DNA of 64,000 nt from an uncultured Christensenella sp. (GTDB lineage: Bacteria; Bacillota; Clostridia; Christensenellales; DTU072). The notes beneath the pieces are model-generated. The model saw only the letters and a list, made by a program, of their open reading frames with translations. It did no database searches and was not told the DNA's origin. Each line of letters starts with the position of its first letter. The stretch's first letter is position 1. The position numbers and the translations under genes were made by a program. This document shows, piece by piece, positions 50,185 through 59,361 of the stretch. The stretch covers positions 14,683-78,682 of the forward strand of contig CASDZI010000002.1 of NCBI GenBank assembly GCA_949285605.1, read 5' to 3'.

Positions 50185-51717
50185 TCAATGCTTGAAATGG
50201 CGTATTCCCGTGAACACCATGGCGATGCCGTTATCGTTGCAGGCGGCTATGCTGTCGGCGTCCCTTATCGAACCGCCGGGTTGGACTATGGCTGCTATTT
50301 TGGCTTCGGCGGCGGCTTTCACGCAGTCGTCGAAGGGGAAGAATGCGTCGCTTGCCAGCACCGCTCCCTCGGTGTCCTCCAAAGAGTGCTCGATGGCTTG
50401 CCTGGTCGCCCAGATGCGGTTGGTCTGCCCCACTCCCACTCCGAGCAGCCTTTCGCCCTTAGCCAAAACTATGGCGTTGGACTTACAGTGCTTGACCACT
50501 TTCATGGCAAAACGCATGGTCTCTTTCTGTTCTGCGGTGGGTTCCTTTTCGGTCACGGTTTTCATTTCCTCTATGTCGGCAAGATCCGCGTCCTGCATAA
50601 TGAGTCCGCCGTAAATTTTCTTGAATTCCTTGGCGCCCGCCTTGTTGGGCTTAGCCACGTCGGGCAGACGAAGTACTCTGAGATTGGGTTTGGTGGCGAG
50701 GACTTTCAACGCTTCCTCGGTAAAATCGGGAGCTATGACGATCTCTAAAAAGATCTTGACCATTTCCTTCGCCGTAGCTTCGTCCACGGTGCGGTTGAAC
50801 GCCACTATCCCCCCGAATATGGACACGGGGTCGCACTCGTAACAGGCTTTGTACGCAGAATAAACGTCGTCTGCCGACGCTACTCCGCAGGGGTTGGCGT
50901 GCTTTACCGCCACAGCCGTGGGTCTATCAAACTCCTTGAGAAGTTCCACCGCTCCGTTGGCGTCGTTGACGTTGTTGTAACTCAACTGCTTCCCGTTGAG
51001 CTGTTCGGCGTTGACGAGGGAATTTTTAACGGGCAGCGCTTCGCCGTAAAAAGCCGCTTTCTGATGCGGATTTTCGCCGTAACGCATCTGTTCTTTCTTT
51101 TCGTAAGCCAGAGTGAGCTTGTCGGGAAAATCGATGCCGAGCATTTCTTTGAGATAACCGCTTATCATCGTGTCGTAAAACGCCGTGTGCTGGTAAACTT
51201 TATACATAAGATACTTCCGAGTATTCAACGTCACGCCGCCGTTTTCCATTTCCGAAAATACCTTTTCGTAATCGGCAGGATCCACTATGACCGCCACGTC
51301 CTGGTAGTTTTTCGCAGCGCTCCTCAGCATCGTGGGACCGCCTATATCGATGTTCTCCACGGCGTCGGCAAAGGTCGTACCCTCTTTCAGTATGGTCTGC
51401 TTGAAAGGATAGAGGTTGACGATGACCACGTCGATGGTGTTTATATTGAGCTTTTCCAGCTGTTCCATATGGGCAGGATTGCTTCTCATTGCGAGAAGTC
51501 CGGCGTGCACCGCCGGGTGCAAAGTCTTGACTCTGCCGTCTAAACATTCGGGGAAGCCCGTCACGTCGCTTATCCCTATCACGGGCAGTCCCGCTTTCTT
51601 AAGTACGTCGTACGTTCCGCCGGTAGAAATGATTTCGTAACCGAGGGCGGCAAGGCGCGCGCCTACTTTTTCTATATCGGTCTTATCCGATACGCTTATC
51701 AAAGCTCTCTTTTTCAT
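50185..51717 (-). CDS. purH: AICAR transformylase / IMP cyclohydrolase
   Basis: ALISVSDK, GRVKTLHP, IDIGGP, RYGENPHQ, SDAFFPF, RHFKH. Confidence 0.97.
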   Translation of the reverse strand: MKKRALISVSDKTDIEKVGARLAALGYEIISTGGTYDVLKKAGLPVIGISDVTGFPECLDGRVKTLHPAVHAGLLAMRSNPAHMEQLEKLNINTIDVVIVNLYPFKQTILKEGTTFADAVENIDIGGPTMLRSAAKNYQDVAVIVDPADYEKVFSEMENGGVTLNTRKYLMYKVYQHTAFYDTMISGYLKEMLGIDFPDKLTLAYEKKEQMRYGENPHQKAAFYGEALPVKNSLVNAEQLNGKQLSYNNVNDANGAVELLKEFDRPTAVAVKHANPCGVASADDVYSAYKACYECDPVSIFGGIVAFNRTVDEATAKEMVKIFLEIVIAPDFTEEALKVLATKPNLRVLRLPDVAKPNKAGAKEFKKIYGGLIMQDADLADIEEMKTVTEKEPTAEQKETMRFAMKVVKHCKSNAIVLAKGERLLGVGVGQTNRIWATRQAIEHSLEDTEGAVLASDAFFPFDDCVKAAAEAKIAAIVQPGGSIRDADSIAACNDNGIAMVFTGIRHFKH

Positions 51718-51749
51718 CTGACCTTTCTCCTTATATGATATTTTTTTGG

Positions 51750-52340
51750 TTATTCCTGCCCGTTGAACAGCTTTTTCAGCGTTTCGGGCAATAAAATATG
51801 TTCTGCTTCCAACACTCTCGCCGCAAGCGTTTCCGGAGTGTCGTCCTCCATAACGGGAACTTTCACCTGGGCGATTATCTCCCCCGTGTCCGTCCCTTCG
51901 TCCACGTAATGTACCGTCGCTCCGGAAAATTTTTCCTTGTTTTCCACCACCGCCCGGTGAACTCTCATTCCGTAAAAACCGTCTCCGCAGTAAGAGGGAA
52001 TGAGCGAAGGATGAATGTTTATTATTTTCTTTTCGAAAGCGTGCACGATATTCGGGGTGAGCACGGTAAGATACCCTGCAAGCACTATGTATTCCGCTCC
52101 CTTTTCCTTCAACAAGGCTATTATTTCGTCGAACATAGCCTCTGTGGACGAATAATCTTTTTTGCTGAATACCGCCGTGGGTATCCCCGCTTTTTTCGCC
52201 CGTTCGAGTGCGTAGATACCCTCCTTGCTACCCACTACGAGCACGATATCGGCTTGCAGAGACTTGTCGACGACGGCGTCGATTATGCTTTGCAGATCGG
52301 TACCGCCCCCCGAAACGAAAACGGCGATTTTTTTATTCAA
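51750..52340 (-). CDS. purN: GAR formyltransferase
   Basis: SGGGTDLQ, INIHPSL, GATVHYV, DTG. Confidence 0.95.
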   Translation of the reverse strand: MNKKIAVFVSGGGTDLQSIIDAVVDKSLQADIVLVVGSKEGIYALERAKKAGIPTAVFSKKDYSSTEAMFDEIIALLKEKGAEYIVLAGYLTVLTPNIVHAFEKKIINIHPSLIPSYCGDGFYGMRVHRAVVENKEKFSGATVHYVDEGTDTGEIIAQVKVPVMEDDTPETLAARVLEAEHILLPETLKKLFNGQE

Positions 52341-53352
52341 ATTCCACCCCCGCTTTGTCGGTGACCACGCCTAAGGACACGGGGTCTTCGCCTAAAGTTT
52401 TCAATACCCTTAAACACTCTTCCTCGGCGTCAGGGGACACGCAGAAAACCATTCCTATTCCCATATTGAAGGTGTTATACATTTTTCTGTCCTCTATCCC
52501 CGCTCTCTTCTGCAAAACTCGGAAAATCGTCGGGATTTCGTAAGAGGACGTATTTATTTTTATCCCTAAGTTTTTGGGAATTATCCTCGGTATATTTTCG
52601 ATAAATCCCCCTCCCGTGATATGCGCTATGCCTTTAACCTTGACTTTTTCTATCAAAGAAAGCACGGTCTTGACGTAAATACGGGTAGGCGTAAGCAATA
52701 TATCGGCAGGGCGACAACCCAGTTCCTCGTCGAAACGGGTGAGGTATTCCTTTTCGGCGGGGAAAAGCTGTCTTACCAGAGAAAATCCGTTACTGTGTAT
52801 TCCGCTGGAGCGTATCCCGACGAGTTTGTCGCCTTTCTTTATCTCCGAACCGTTTATTATCCTGTTCTTTTTGGCTATACCGCAGGAAAATCCCGCTATG
52901 TCGTATTCGCCTTCGCCGTAAAACCCGGGCATTTCGGCGGTTTCGCCGCCTATGAGAGCGCAGGAAGCCTGTCGGCAACCTTCCGCCACCCCTTTGACTA
53001 TCTCCGCCACCTTTTCGGGGACGAGTTTGCTTATCGCTATATAGTCGAGAAAAATCAACGGTCTGGCGCCCTGGCAGACTATGTCGTTGACGCACATAGC
53101 CACGGCGTCTATCCCTATGGTGTCGTGTTTGTCGAGGACGAAAGCGTATTTGAGTTTGGTCCCCACGCCGTCGGTCCCGGCTACCAGTACGTCGCCGTCC
53201 GCCTTGTCGTCGAGGGCGTAAAATCCGCCGAAGCTTCCGAGGTCTCCCACCACGTTTTTATCGTAAGTGCTTTGGACGTATTCTTTCATAAGTCTGACCG
53301 CAGAGTACCCTGCTTCCACGTCCACGCCCGCCTGTTTGTAATCTATAGCCAT
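52333..53352 (-). CDS. purM: AIR synthetase
   Basis: TDGVGTK, GGETAEMP, HSNGFS, HITGGG, FNMGIG. Confidence 0.97.
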   Translation of the reverse strand: MAIDYKQAGVDVEAGYSAVRLMKEYVQSTYDKNVVGDLGSFGGFYALDDKADGDVLVAGTDGVGTKLKYAFVLDKHDTIGIDAVAMCVNDIVCQGARPLIFLDYIAISKLVPEKVAEIVKGVAEGCRQASCALIGGETAEMPGFYGEGEYDIAGFSCGIAKKNRIINGSEIKKGDKLVGIRSSGIHSNGFSLVRQLFPAEKEYLTRFDEELGCRPADILLTPTRIYVKTVLSLIEKVKVKGIAHITGGGFIENIPRIIPKNLGIKINTSSYEIPTIFRVLQKRAGIEDRKMYNTFNMGIGMVFCVSPDAEEECLRVLKTLGEDPVSLGVVTDKAGVEFE

Positions 53353-53361
53353 ATTTTCTCC

Positions 53362-54783
53362 TTATTCGAAAAGTAATTTTTCGCTGTGGAAATTCCCTAA
53401 ATCCACTGCGTAATTTGCGTCGAAACAACCCGTGCAGAAATTGCCGCAACCGCAACACTCGGCGAGTTTTTCCAGCGGAAGGTAATGTAAACTGTCCGCT
53501 CCTATCAGTTTGCAGATTTCTTCGGCGTCTCTGTAACCGCCGATAAGCTGTTCCTTGGTGTCCATATCCACTCCGAAATAGCACGGCCATTTGACTATGG
53601 GGCTCGCCACCACCATATGAACTTCCGTTGCGCCGTTCTTGCGGAGGAGACTGATGATTTTTTTACTGGTAGTGCCTCTCACTATGGAGTCGTCCAGAAG
53701 AATAAGCCTCTTGCCCTGAATGTTGTTGCGGAAAGCGGTAAGTTTTATCTTAACGCTGTTTTCACGCATACTTTGGCTGGGCTGAATGAAAGTTCTGCCT
53801 ATGTATCTGTTTTTGCTCAAGGCGTCCACGTAAGGAATCCCCGACACATCGGAATAGCCTCTTGCGCTGACCAAAGCCGAATCGGGAACGCCTGCCACTA
53901 TATCGGCGTCGATATTGCACATTTCGGCAAGAATTTTTCCGCAGTTGTAACGGCTTTCGTAAACGCTGGTCCCGTCCAGAACGGAATCGGAACGGGCGAG
54001 ATAGACGTATTCGAAAATGCACGGGCGTTTGTCGGGGGGAGCAAAATACCTGCTGGTATAACTTCCGTCGGTATTGACGGTTATTATCTCCCCGGGCATA
54101 ACGTCCCTTATCACCTCGGCGTCGATGGCGTCGAGGGCGCAGCTTTCGCTCGCAAAAACGATATTGCCGTCCTTTTGTCCCATAATAAGAGGTTTAAGTC
54201 CGTTCCTGTCCCTGACGGCGTAGAGTTTATTGCCGCTCAAAACCAGTAACGCAAACGCTCCCACGAAATTCTTGCAGGCGTCGTAAATCCCCTGTTCCAC
54301 GCTTTCGGTGGAGTAGTCGTTGATGGCAGCCGCCAGCACTTCGCTGTCGGTACTGGACTGAAAGATATGCCCCTTGTAGATCATACGCTTCTTTATGTTG
54401 GGAGCGTTGATTATGTTGCCGTTGTGAGCAACAGCCATTCTGCCGAATCTGCCGTAAAACACGATAGGCTGGGCGTTGACGACGTTGCTGGACCCCATGG
54501 TGGAATACCTGACGTGGCCTATCGCCACGTTGGTGGAAGGCAAAAGACGCAGTTCCTCTTCGTGAAAAACCGCGTTCACCAACCCCATATTCTTATAATA
54601 AGCCACCTTGTCTTCGTCGTAGCTTACCGCAATCCCCGCACTTTCCTGCCCCCTGTGCTGAAGGGCGAACAGTCCGTAATAAACGTCTCTGGCAAGTTCC
54701 TGTTTCTCTTCGGAAATTATTCCGAATATCCCGCACTCTTCGTGCGTACCGAATTGTCTTTCGTCTAAAATAATGCTTTTCAT
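53362..54783 (-). CDS. purF: Amidophosphoribosyltransferase
   Basis: EECGIFG, QHRGQE, GHVRY, DDSIVRGTT, C-terminal Fe-S cysteines. Confidence 0.97.
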   Translation of the reverse strand: MKSIILDERQFGTHEECGIFGIISEEKQELARDVYYGLFALQHRGQESAGIAVSYDEDKVAYYKNMGLVNAVFHEEELRLLPSTNVAIGHVRYSTMGSSNVVNAQPIVFYGRFGRMAVAHNGNIINAPNIKKRMIYKGHIFQSSTDSEVLAAAINDYSTESVEQGIYDACKNFVGAFALLVLSGNKLYAVRDRNGLKPLIMGQKDGNIVFASESCALDAIDAEVIRDVMPGEIITVNTDGSYTSRYFAPPDKRPCIFEYVYLARSDSVLDGTSVYESRYNCGKILAEMCNIDADIVAGVPDSALVSARGYSDVSGIPYVDALSKNRYIGRTFIQPSQSMRENSVKIKLTAFRNNIQGKRLILLDDSIVRGTTSKKIISLLRKNGATEVHMVVASPIVKWPCYFGVDMDTKEQLIGGYRDAEEICKLIGADSLHYLPLEKLAECCGCGNFCTGCFDANYAVDLGNFHSEKLLFE

Positions 54784-54794
54784 AAATTAAGGTC

Positions 54795-55511
54795 TTATTT
54801 CTTTCCCATAAGTCTGGACAAAACTTCCTGATATGCGTCTTCCACCCCTCCGAGGTCCCTGCGGAAACGGTCCTTGTCCAGTTTTTCACGGGTGACGGTG
54901 TCCCAGAAACGGCAGGTGTCGGGAGAAATTTCGTCTGCGAGAATGATTCTTCCCTTGTAACGGCCGAATTCCAGTTTGAAATCTATAAGGTCGATATTTA
55001 TGTCTTTAAGATAAGCTCTCAAAGCGTCGTTGACGGCGAAGCTCGTCTTCTTGATAATCTCCAATTCTTCTGCGGTGGCGAGGTTCATCGCAAGAGCGTG
55101 GTAGTCGTTTATCATCGGATCGCCCAGGTCGTCGTTTTTGTAGCAGAATTCCAACACGGTGGAGGGAAGCACGGTGCCTTCCTCTATCCCGAGACGCTTG
55201 GATAAACTCCCTGCGGCGATGTTCCTGACGATAACTTCGATAGGTACGATGGCAACCTTCTTCACCAACGTGTCGGTGTCGGAAATTTCCTCTATGTAAT
55301 GGGTCTCTATACCCTTTCCTTCCAACATTTTGAAAAGATGATTGGAGCAAATATTGTTGACTATGCCCTTACCCTGAATAGTCCCTTTCTTGAGTCCGTT
55401 GAAAGCGGTGGCGTCGTCCTTGTAGGAAACGAGTACCACGTCGGGATCGTTCGTTGCAAAAACCTTCTTGGCTTTACCTTCGTAGAGCTGTTCTTTCTTG
55501 ATGAATTCCAT
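54795..55511 (-). CDS. purC: SAICAR synthetase
   Basis: [29 protein letters not shown]. Confidence 0.97.
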   Translation of the reverse strand: MEFIKKEQLYEGKAKKVFATNDPDVVLVSYKDDATAFNGLKKGTIQGKGIVNNICSNHLFKMLEGKGIETHYIEEISDTDTLVKKVAIVPIEVIVRNIAAGSLSKRLGIEEGTVLPSTVLEFCYKNDDLGDPMINDYHALAMNLATAEELEIIKKTSFAVNDALRAYLKDINIDLIDFKLEFGRYKGRIILADEISPDTCRFWDTVTREKLDKDRFRRDLGGVEDAYQEVLSRLMGKK

Positions 55512-55533
55512 ATTCTGCCTCCGTAAAAGTAAT

Positions 55534-56028
55534 TTAATTTTTATAAAAATCGGCTATCGCCTTATCGTCGGCGAAAATCTTTTCCGCCATATTAACCTTA
55601 TATCGGGCTAACTTTTCGCAGAGTTCGGGATCCCCTACCGCCAAAATCTGAACGGCGAGCAAGGCTGCGTTTTCTCCGGCGCCCACTCCGACGCAGGCTA
55701 CGGGAACGCCAGAGGGCATCTGGACCATACTGAGCAGGCTGTCCAGTCCGTCCATAAGAGAACTCTTTATGGGCAGTCCTATGACGGGCAATACGGTATG
55801 TCCTGCGGCTACTCCGGCAAGGTGAGCGGCTTTCCCTGCGGCGCAGATGACGGTGCCGTATCCGTCTTTGGCTAAGGAAGCGAAAAACTCCGCCGCTGCC
55901 GAAGGCGTGCGATGTGCGGAAAGCACTCTGACGGTATATTCCACCCCGAACGATTCGAACACCTTTACCGCCGGGCGAAGAGCCTCGGCGTCCGATTTAC
56001 TACCCATTACTATAGCTGCTTTCTTCAT
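55534..56028 (-). CDS. purE: N5-CAIR mutase
   Basis: [27 protein letters not shown]. Confidence 0.96.
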   Translation of the reverse strand: MKKAAIVMGSKSDAEALRPAVKVFESFGVEYTVRVLSAHRTPSAAAEFFASLAKDGYGTVICAAGKAAHLAGVAAGHTVLPVIGLPIKSSLMDGLDSLLSMVQMPSGVPVACVGVGAGENAALLAVQILAVGDPELCEKLARYKVNMAEKIFADDKAIADFYKN

Positions 56029-56049
56029 ACTCTCTCCTTTTCTATAAAC

Positions 56050-56187
56050 AAAAAAGCACGGAATTTATCCGTGCGTTTTTTCAGTTCTGCCCCGACAAAC
56101 AGGGTATGGAGATACCCTTGCGTAAAACTAAAGTCAGTTGAAAGGTGAATTTTCTTTTCACTTCGTCCGCCTCCGTTTGCTGTCGGT
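56050..56187 (-). promoter_or_regulatory. Structured 5' leader of the pur operon ending in an intrinsic terminator (candidate riboswitch/attenuator)
   Basis: Several hairpins, then GCACGGA...TCCGTGC-U6 (56074-56050) just before the purE RBS. Confidence 0.6.
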
Positions 56188-56193
56188 ATTTTT

Positions 56194-56225
56194 ATGGTAA
56201 CAAATATCCTTTCCGTTTGCAAACG
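56194..56225 (-). promoter_or_regulatory. pur operon sigma-A promoter
   Basis: TTGCAA(56222-56217)-17-TACCAT(56199-56194), extended TG; the -35 lies inside palindrome CGTTTGCAAACG. Confidence 0.65.
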
Positions 56226-56318
56226 AAATAGGGGCGGTTCAAAAAACTTTCCCAAAAAAAATTTCCCCTTCCCCGTCTGTCGGGCAGGAAAGGGAAAATC
56301 CTATATTAAATTAAGGTA

Positions 56319-57188
56319 TTACTTATAAATTTTCAACGTCTCGTGCATCAACGTGCAATGCAGAACCCGACTTTCGAACACTTCGCCGTCCACCTGGGTC
56401 TTTCCGTCGTCCAACAGCGTGACGGTTATTTCCTTGGCTCTGAAATGCTCGGTGCAGGGTTCGTCGATGTGTTTGCCTTTCAAAAATTTCAATAAAAGAA
56501 GCGGAATCTTTCTTTTTTTGACTTCGTTTACGATAACCACGTCGAAGTAGCCGTCGTCCACGTCGGAAAGCGGACTTATGGGCATACCTCCGCCGATGTA
56601 ACGACCGTTTGCTACCGAAATGATGAACACGCTTTTTTCCGTTTTCACCCCGTCCAGTTCCATTATCATTTTATGGAACTTCAAATGCGCCAGCACGTCG
56701 AGAAGAGAAGCGTAATATTTGGCTTTGCCCGAAAAAGCTTTCATGGTGGAATATCTGACCAGAACGTCCACGTCCATACCGGCTCCCGCGGCGTTGAGGG
56801 CTCGTTTGGTGTCCAGCTGGATAAAATCGGTATAGCCCGTCTCTCCTTTCAAAATTACGTCCAGAGCGTCCTTGACGTTACGGGGAATCGAGGTGGCTTT
56901 GACGTAGTCGTTCCCCGTACCGCAGGGAATGAACCCGAGGGTAATTCGGGAAAAATCCTCTATCCCGTTCAGCGCTTCGTTGAACGTCCCGTCTCCGCCC
57001 ATTACTATAAGACGGCAGTCCTCCTTTTCTTCGTTGAGCTTGCGGACGATTTCGGTGGCTTCGCCGGCGTAACTGGTTTTATGTACCTCGTAAGGGATCT
57101 GTTTCCCTATCAGAATAGTCTCCACCGTCTTGAGGGCGGCGAGACTCTTCCCTTTCCCCGAACGGGGATTTACCAATATATCGAACAT
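56319..57188 (-). CDS. Diacylglycerol kinase family lipid kinase (DagK/YegS)
   Basis: NPRSGKG, GGDGT, PCGTGND, GGG, QVDGE. Confidence 0.9.
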   Translation of the reverse strand: MFDILVNPRSGKGKSLAALKTVETILIGKQIPYEVHKTSYAGEATEIVRKLNEEKEDCRLIVMGGDGTFNEALNGIEDFSRITLGFIPCGTGNDYVKATSIPRNVKDALDVILKGETGYTDFIQLDTKRALNAAGAGMDVDVLVRYSTMKAFSGKAKYYASLLDVLAHLKFHKMIMELDGVKTEKSVFIISVANGRYIGGGMPISPLSDVDDGYFDVVIVNEVKKRKIPLLLLKFLKGKHIDEPCTEHFRAKEITVTLLDDGKTQVDGEVFESRVLHCTLMHETLKIYK

Positions 57189-57334
57189 TTTTGTAACCTT
57201 CTTTTTACGTTTTTATCACGTTTATTGTATCAAATATTCTCTTTTTTGTAAAGAAAATTTTTTAATAGACAGGTTAAAACCGTCGATATATTATAATTTA
57301 AGAATAAATTTGCCCAAAAAACGACTTTTCTTGA

Positions 57335-58030
57335 TTAAGCCATAGTTTCGATAACCAATTTATCCGCAATCAAAGCGATAAGCTCGCTGTTGGTGGGTTT
57401 ATCTTCTTTCCCGTAAATTTTCATACCGAGGAACTGATTGAGATTTTCGATTTTTCCTCTATACCAGGCGACCTCTATGGCGTGTCTTATCGATCTTTCC
57501 ACCTTGCTCGGCGTGCTCATGCAAAACTCCGCCACCGCAGGATACAGCCCTTTGGTGATGCGGTTGATCATTTCCGGTTGCGAGACGGCGAGTTTGACCG
57601 CAACTTTCAGATACTGATAACCCTTGTTGTGCGGATGTATCCCCGCCCGCAAGAGTATTCCGCTCAGTCTCTCGTCTAAATTCCTGTTCTCCGAAACCTC
57701 TTTTTTCTCGGCGGTAAGACGTAACGCCGCCTCTTCTATCCCCTCGAAATCATACCTTGCGCAGAAAGCGTCGTATTCGGCGGAAAAAGAATTCCCCTCT
57801 GCGGCGTGTAAAATGATTTTCGGTCTGTTTTCTCTTAAGCGTTCCGCGATCGGGCGAAAATCAAACCCTTCTCCCACCACGATCACGTCGGGAACAAAAG
57901 CTTCGTTCGGATAACTTTCGGCGTCCAAAACTACCTTTACCGCAAAATTTTCCCTGTCGGCAAAATAATTGCCGATAAAAACGGCCATAGCTTCGCTCGA
58001 CTCACAAAATACCATCGTCAATCTTTTCAT
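57335..58030 (-). CDS. Spo0A C-terminal domain protein with degenerate receiver domain
   Basis: GIHPHNKGYQYL, ITKGLYPAVA, KVERSIRHAIEVAW, KPTNSELIALIADKL. Confidence 0.88.
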   Translation of the reverse strand: MKRLTMVFCESSEAMAVFIGNYFADRENFAVKVVLDAESYPNEAFVPDVIVVGEGFDFRPIAERLRENRPKIILHAAEGNSFSAEYDAFCARYDFEGIEEAALRLTAEKKEVSENRNLDERLSGILLRAGIHPHNKGYQYLKVAVKLAVSQPEMINRITKGLYPAVAEFCMSTPSKVERSIRHAIEVAWYRGKIENLNQFLGMKIYGKEDKPTNSELIALIADKLVIETMA

Positions 58031-58170
58031 TTTTATCCTCTTAAAATCACGATATTTCTGGCTTTATCCGCGGAAACAACTACATAATAACACATAATTC
58101 GACCTTTGTAAACACTTTTGAACAAAAAAGTTTTTATTTTTGTATAAAATTGTCGCTGCGCCGTTCCCGC

Positions 58171-58200
58171 AAAAAAAGACCCGTCCGAAAAGACGGGTCC
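58171..58200 (-). terminator. Intrinsic terminator
   Basis: GACCCGTC...GACGGGTC with U tract on the minus strand. Confidence 0.75.
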
Positions 58201-58222
58201 TTATATCGAACGTATAATAAAA

Positions 58223-59014
58223 TCATTCCTTCGGTTTTTCTTCCTCTTCCGCTTCTTCGGTATTGTCTTCCTCGGATTCGGCTTCTTCGGCGTTTTCCTC
58301 TTCCGCCTCTTCCTCTGCGGGAACTTCCTCTGGCGTTTCTTCGGCGGCTTCGGCGGCTTCTTCCGCTACCTCGACCTCCTCGATGGGAGCGGCCTCGACG
58401 GAAATTTCTTCGGCGTTTTCGGCGTTTTGTTCCTTGGCTTGTTCTTCGAGACGGGCCTCCTCTCTCTTGGCGTCGGCTTCCGCCATAATGGCTTCGGCGT
58501 TGACTTTATGTTTCGGTTCGAGCTTCTTGACCTTGATCTCGATGGAATAGAATTTGAAATTCAACGCCCCCATAAAGGCGTCTTCCAGCAAGGCCCTGAT
58601 ATAGCTTTCGATCTCCTCTATGTCTCTGCCCTTGACGGTGACGGCGATCTTCAGCCTTACGCCGTACTCGTTGACGATTATTGCGCTCTTGGTGCATTTA
58701 ACGCCTTCCACGAGCGCCACGGTGTCCTTGGTTATCTTTCTTACCACGCCCACGGTGGTCCTGGTGCCGCCTTCTTTGTCGGAACGGAGCACTATTTCCT
58801 TGACGGTTTCGTCGTTGATAAACAACATCGTCAAAACAAACGCCATTATCAACACATAAATCGAACCGAGGGTCACGAACAACCCTTTGACGAGAGCGTT
58901 GTCGAATTCCTCGACGGTTATCCCTCCGAATACCGCTACCAGCAGCACTATCACGAATACTATCGCAATGATCGCGCTCGCCGTGGCGAAGATCTTTAAC
59001 ATAGTCTTTTTCAT
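58223..59014 (-). CDS. AmaP-like membrane protein with acidic low-complexity tail
   Basis: Two TM segments, Asp23-like beta/alpha domain, E/A-rich C-terminus; GGAGG before ATG 59014. Confidence 0.6.
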   Translation of the reverse strand: MKKTMLKIFATASAIIAIVFVIVLLVAVFGGITVEEFDNALVKGLFVTLGSIYVLIMAFVLTMLFINDETVKEIVLRSDKEGGTRTTVGVVRKITKDTVALVEGVKCTKSAIIVNEYGVRLKIAVTVKGRDIEEIESYIRALLEDAFMGALNFKFYSIEIKVKKLEPKHKVNAEAIMAEADAKREEARLEEQAKEQNAENAEEISVEAAPIEEVEVAEEAAEAAEETPEEVPAEEEAEEENAEEAESEEDNTEEAEEEEKPKE

Positions 59015-59220
59015 AAACCCTCCGTTTGCATTAAGCATAATATGGATTATTGTTATTATTATACTATAATAAAGTTTTTTCAGTCAACTTCTGCAGGAAT
59101 TTTATTGTCAAAACACAGCCTGGAAAAATAAGAATTTATTTGAACGCAAAATGCTCCGCCGTACTGGACAATGGCGGTTTTTTGGTTTACAATAAAAGAA
59201 AAAATTTCAGGAGGCATTTT

Positions 59221-59358
59221 ATGGCTAAATATGTATGCAACGTATGCGGTTACGTTTACGACGAAGAAGAACAGGGAGTGGCTTTTGCCGATCTGCCCGA
59301 CGATTATGCCTGCCCTCTCTGCGGAGTGGGAAAAGAGGACTTCTCCCCGGAGGAATAA
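59221..59358 (+). CDS. Rubredoxin
   Basis: [12 protein letters not shown]...[14 protein letters not shown]; AGGAGG RBS. Confidence 0.93.
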   Translation: MAKYVCNVCGYVYDEEEQGVAFADLPDDYACPLCGVGKEDFSPEE

Positions 59359-59361
59359 TTT

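Noticed and set aside
58223-58450. Tandem-repeat-like TTCGGC/TTCCTC DNA
   Set aside because: Explained by the Glu/Ala-rich coding tail of the minus-strand gene.
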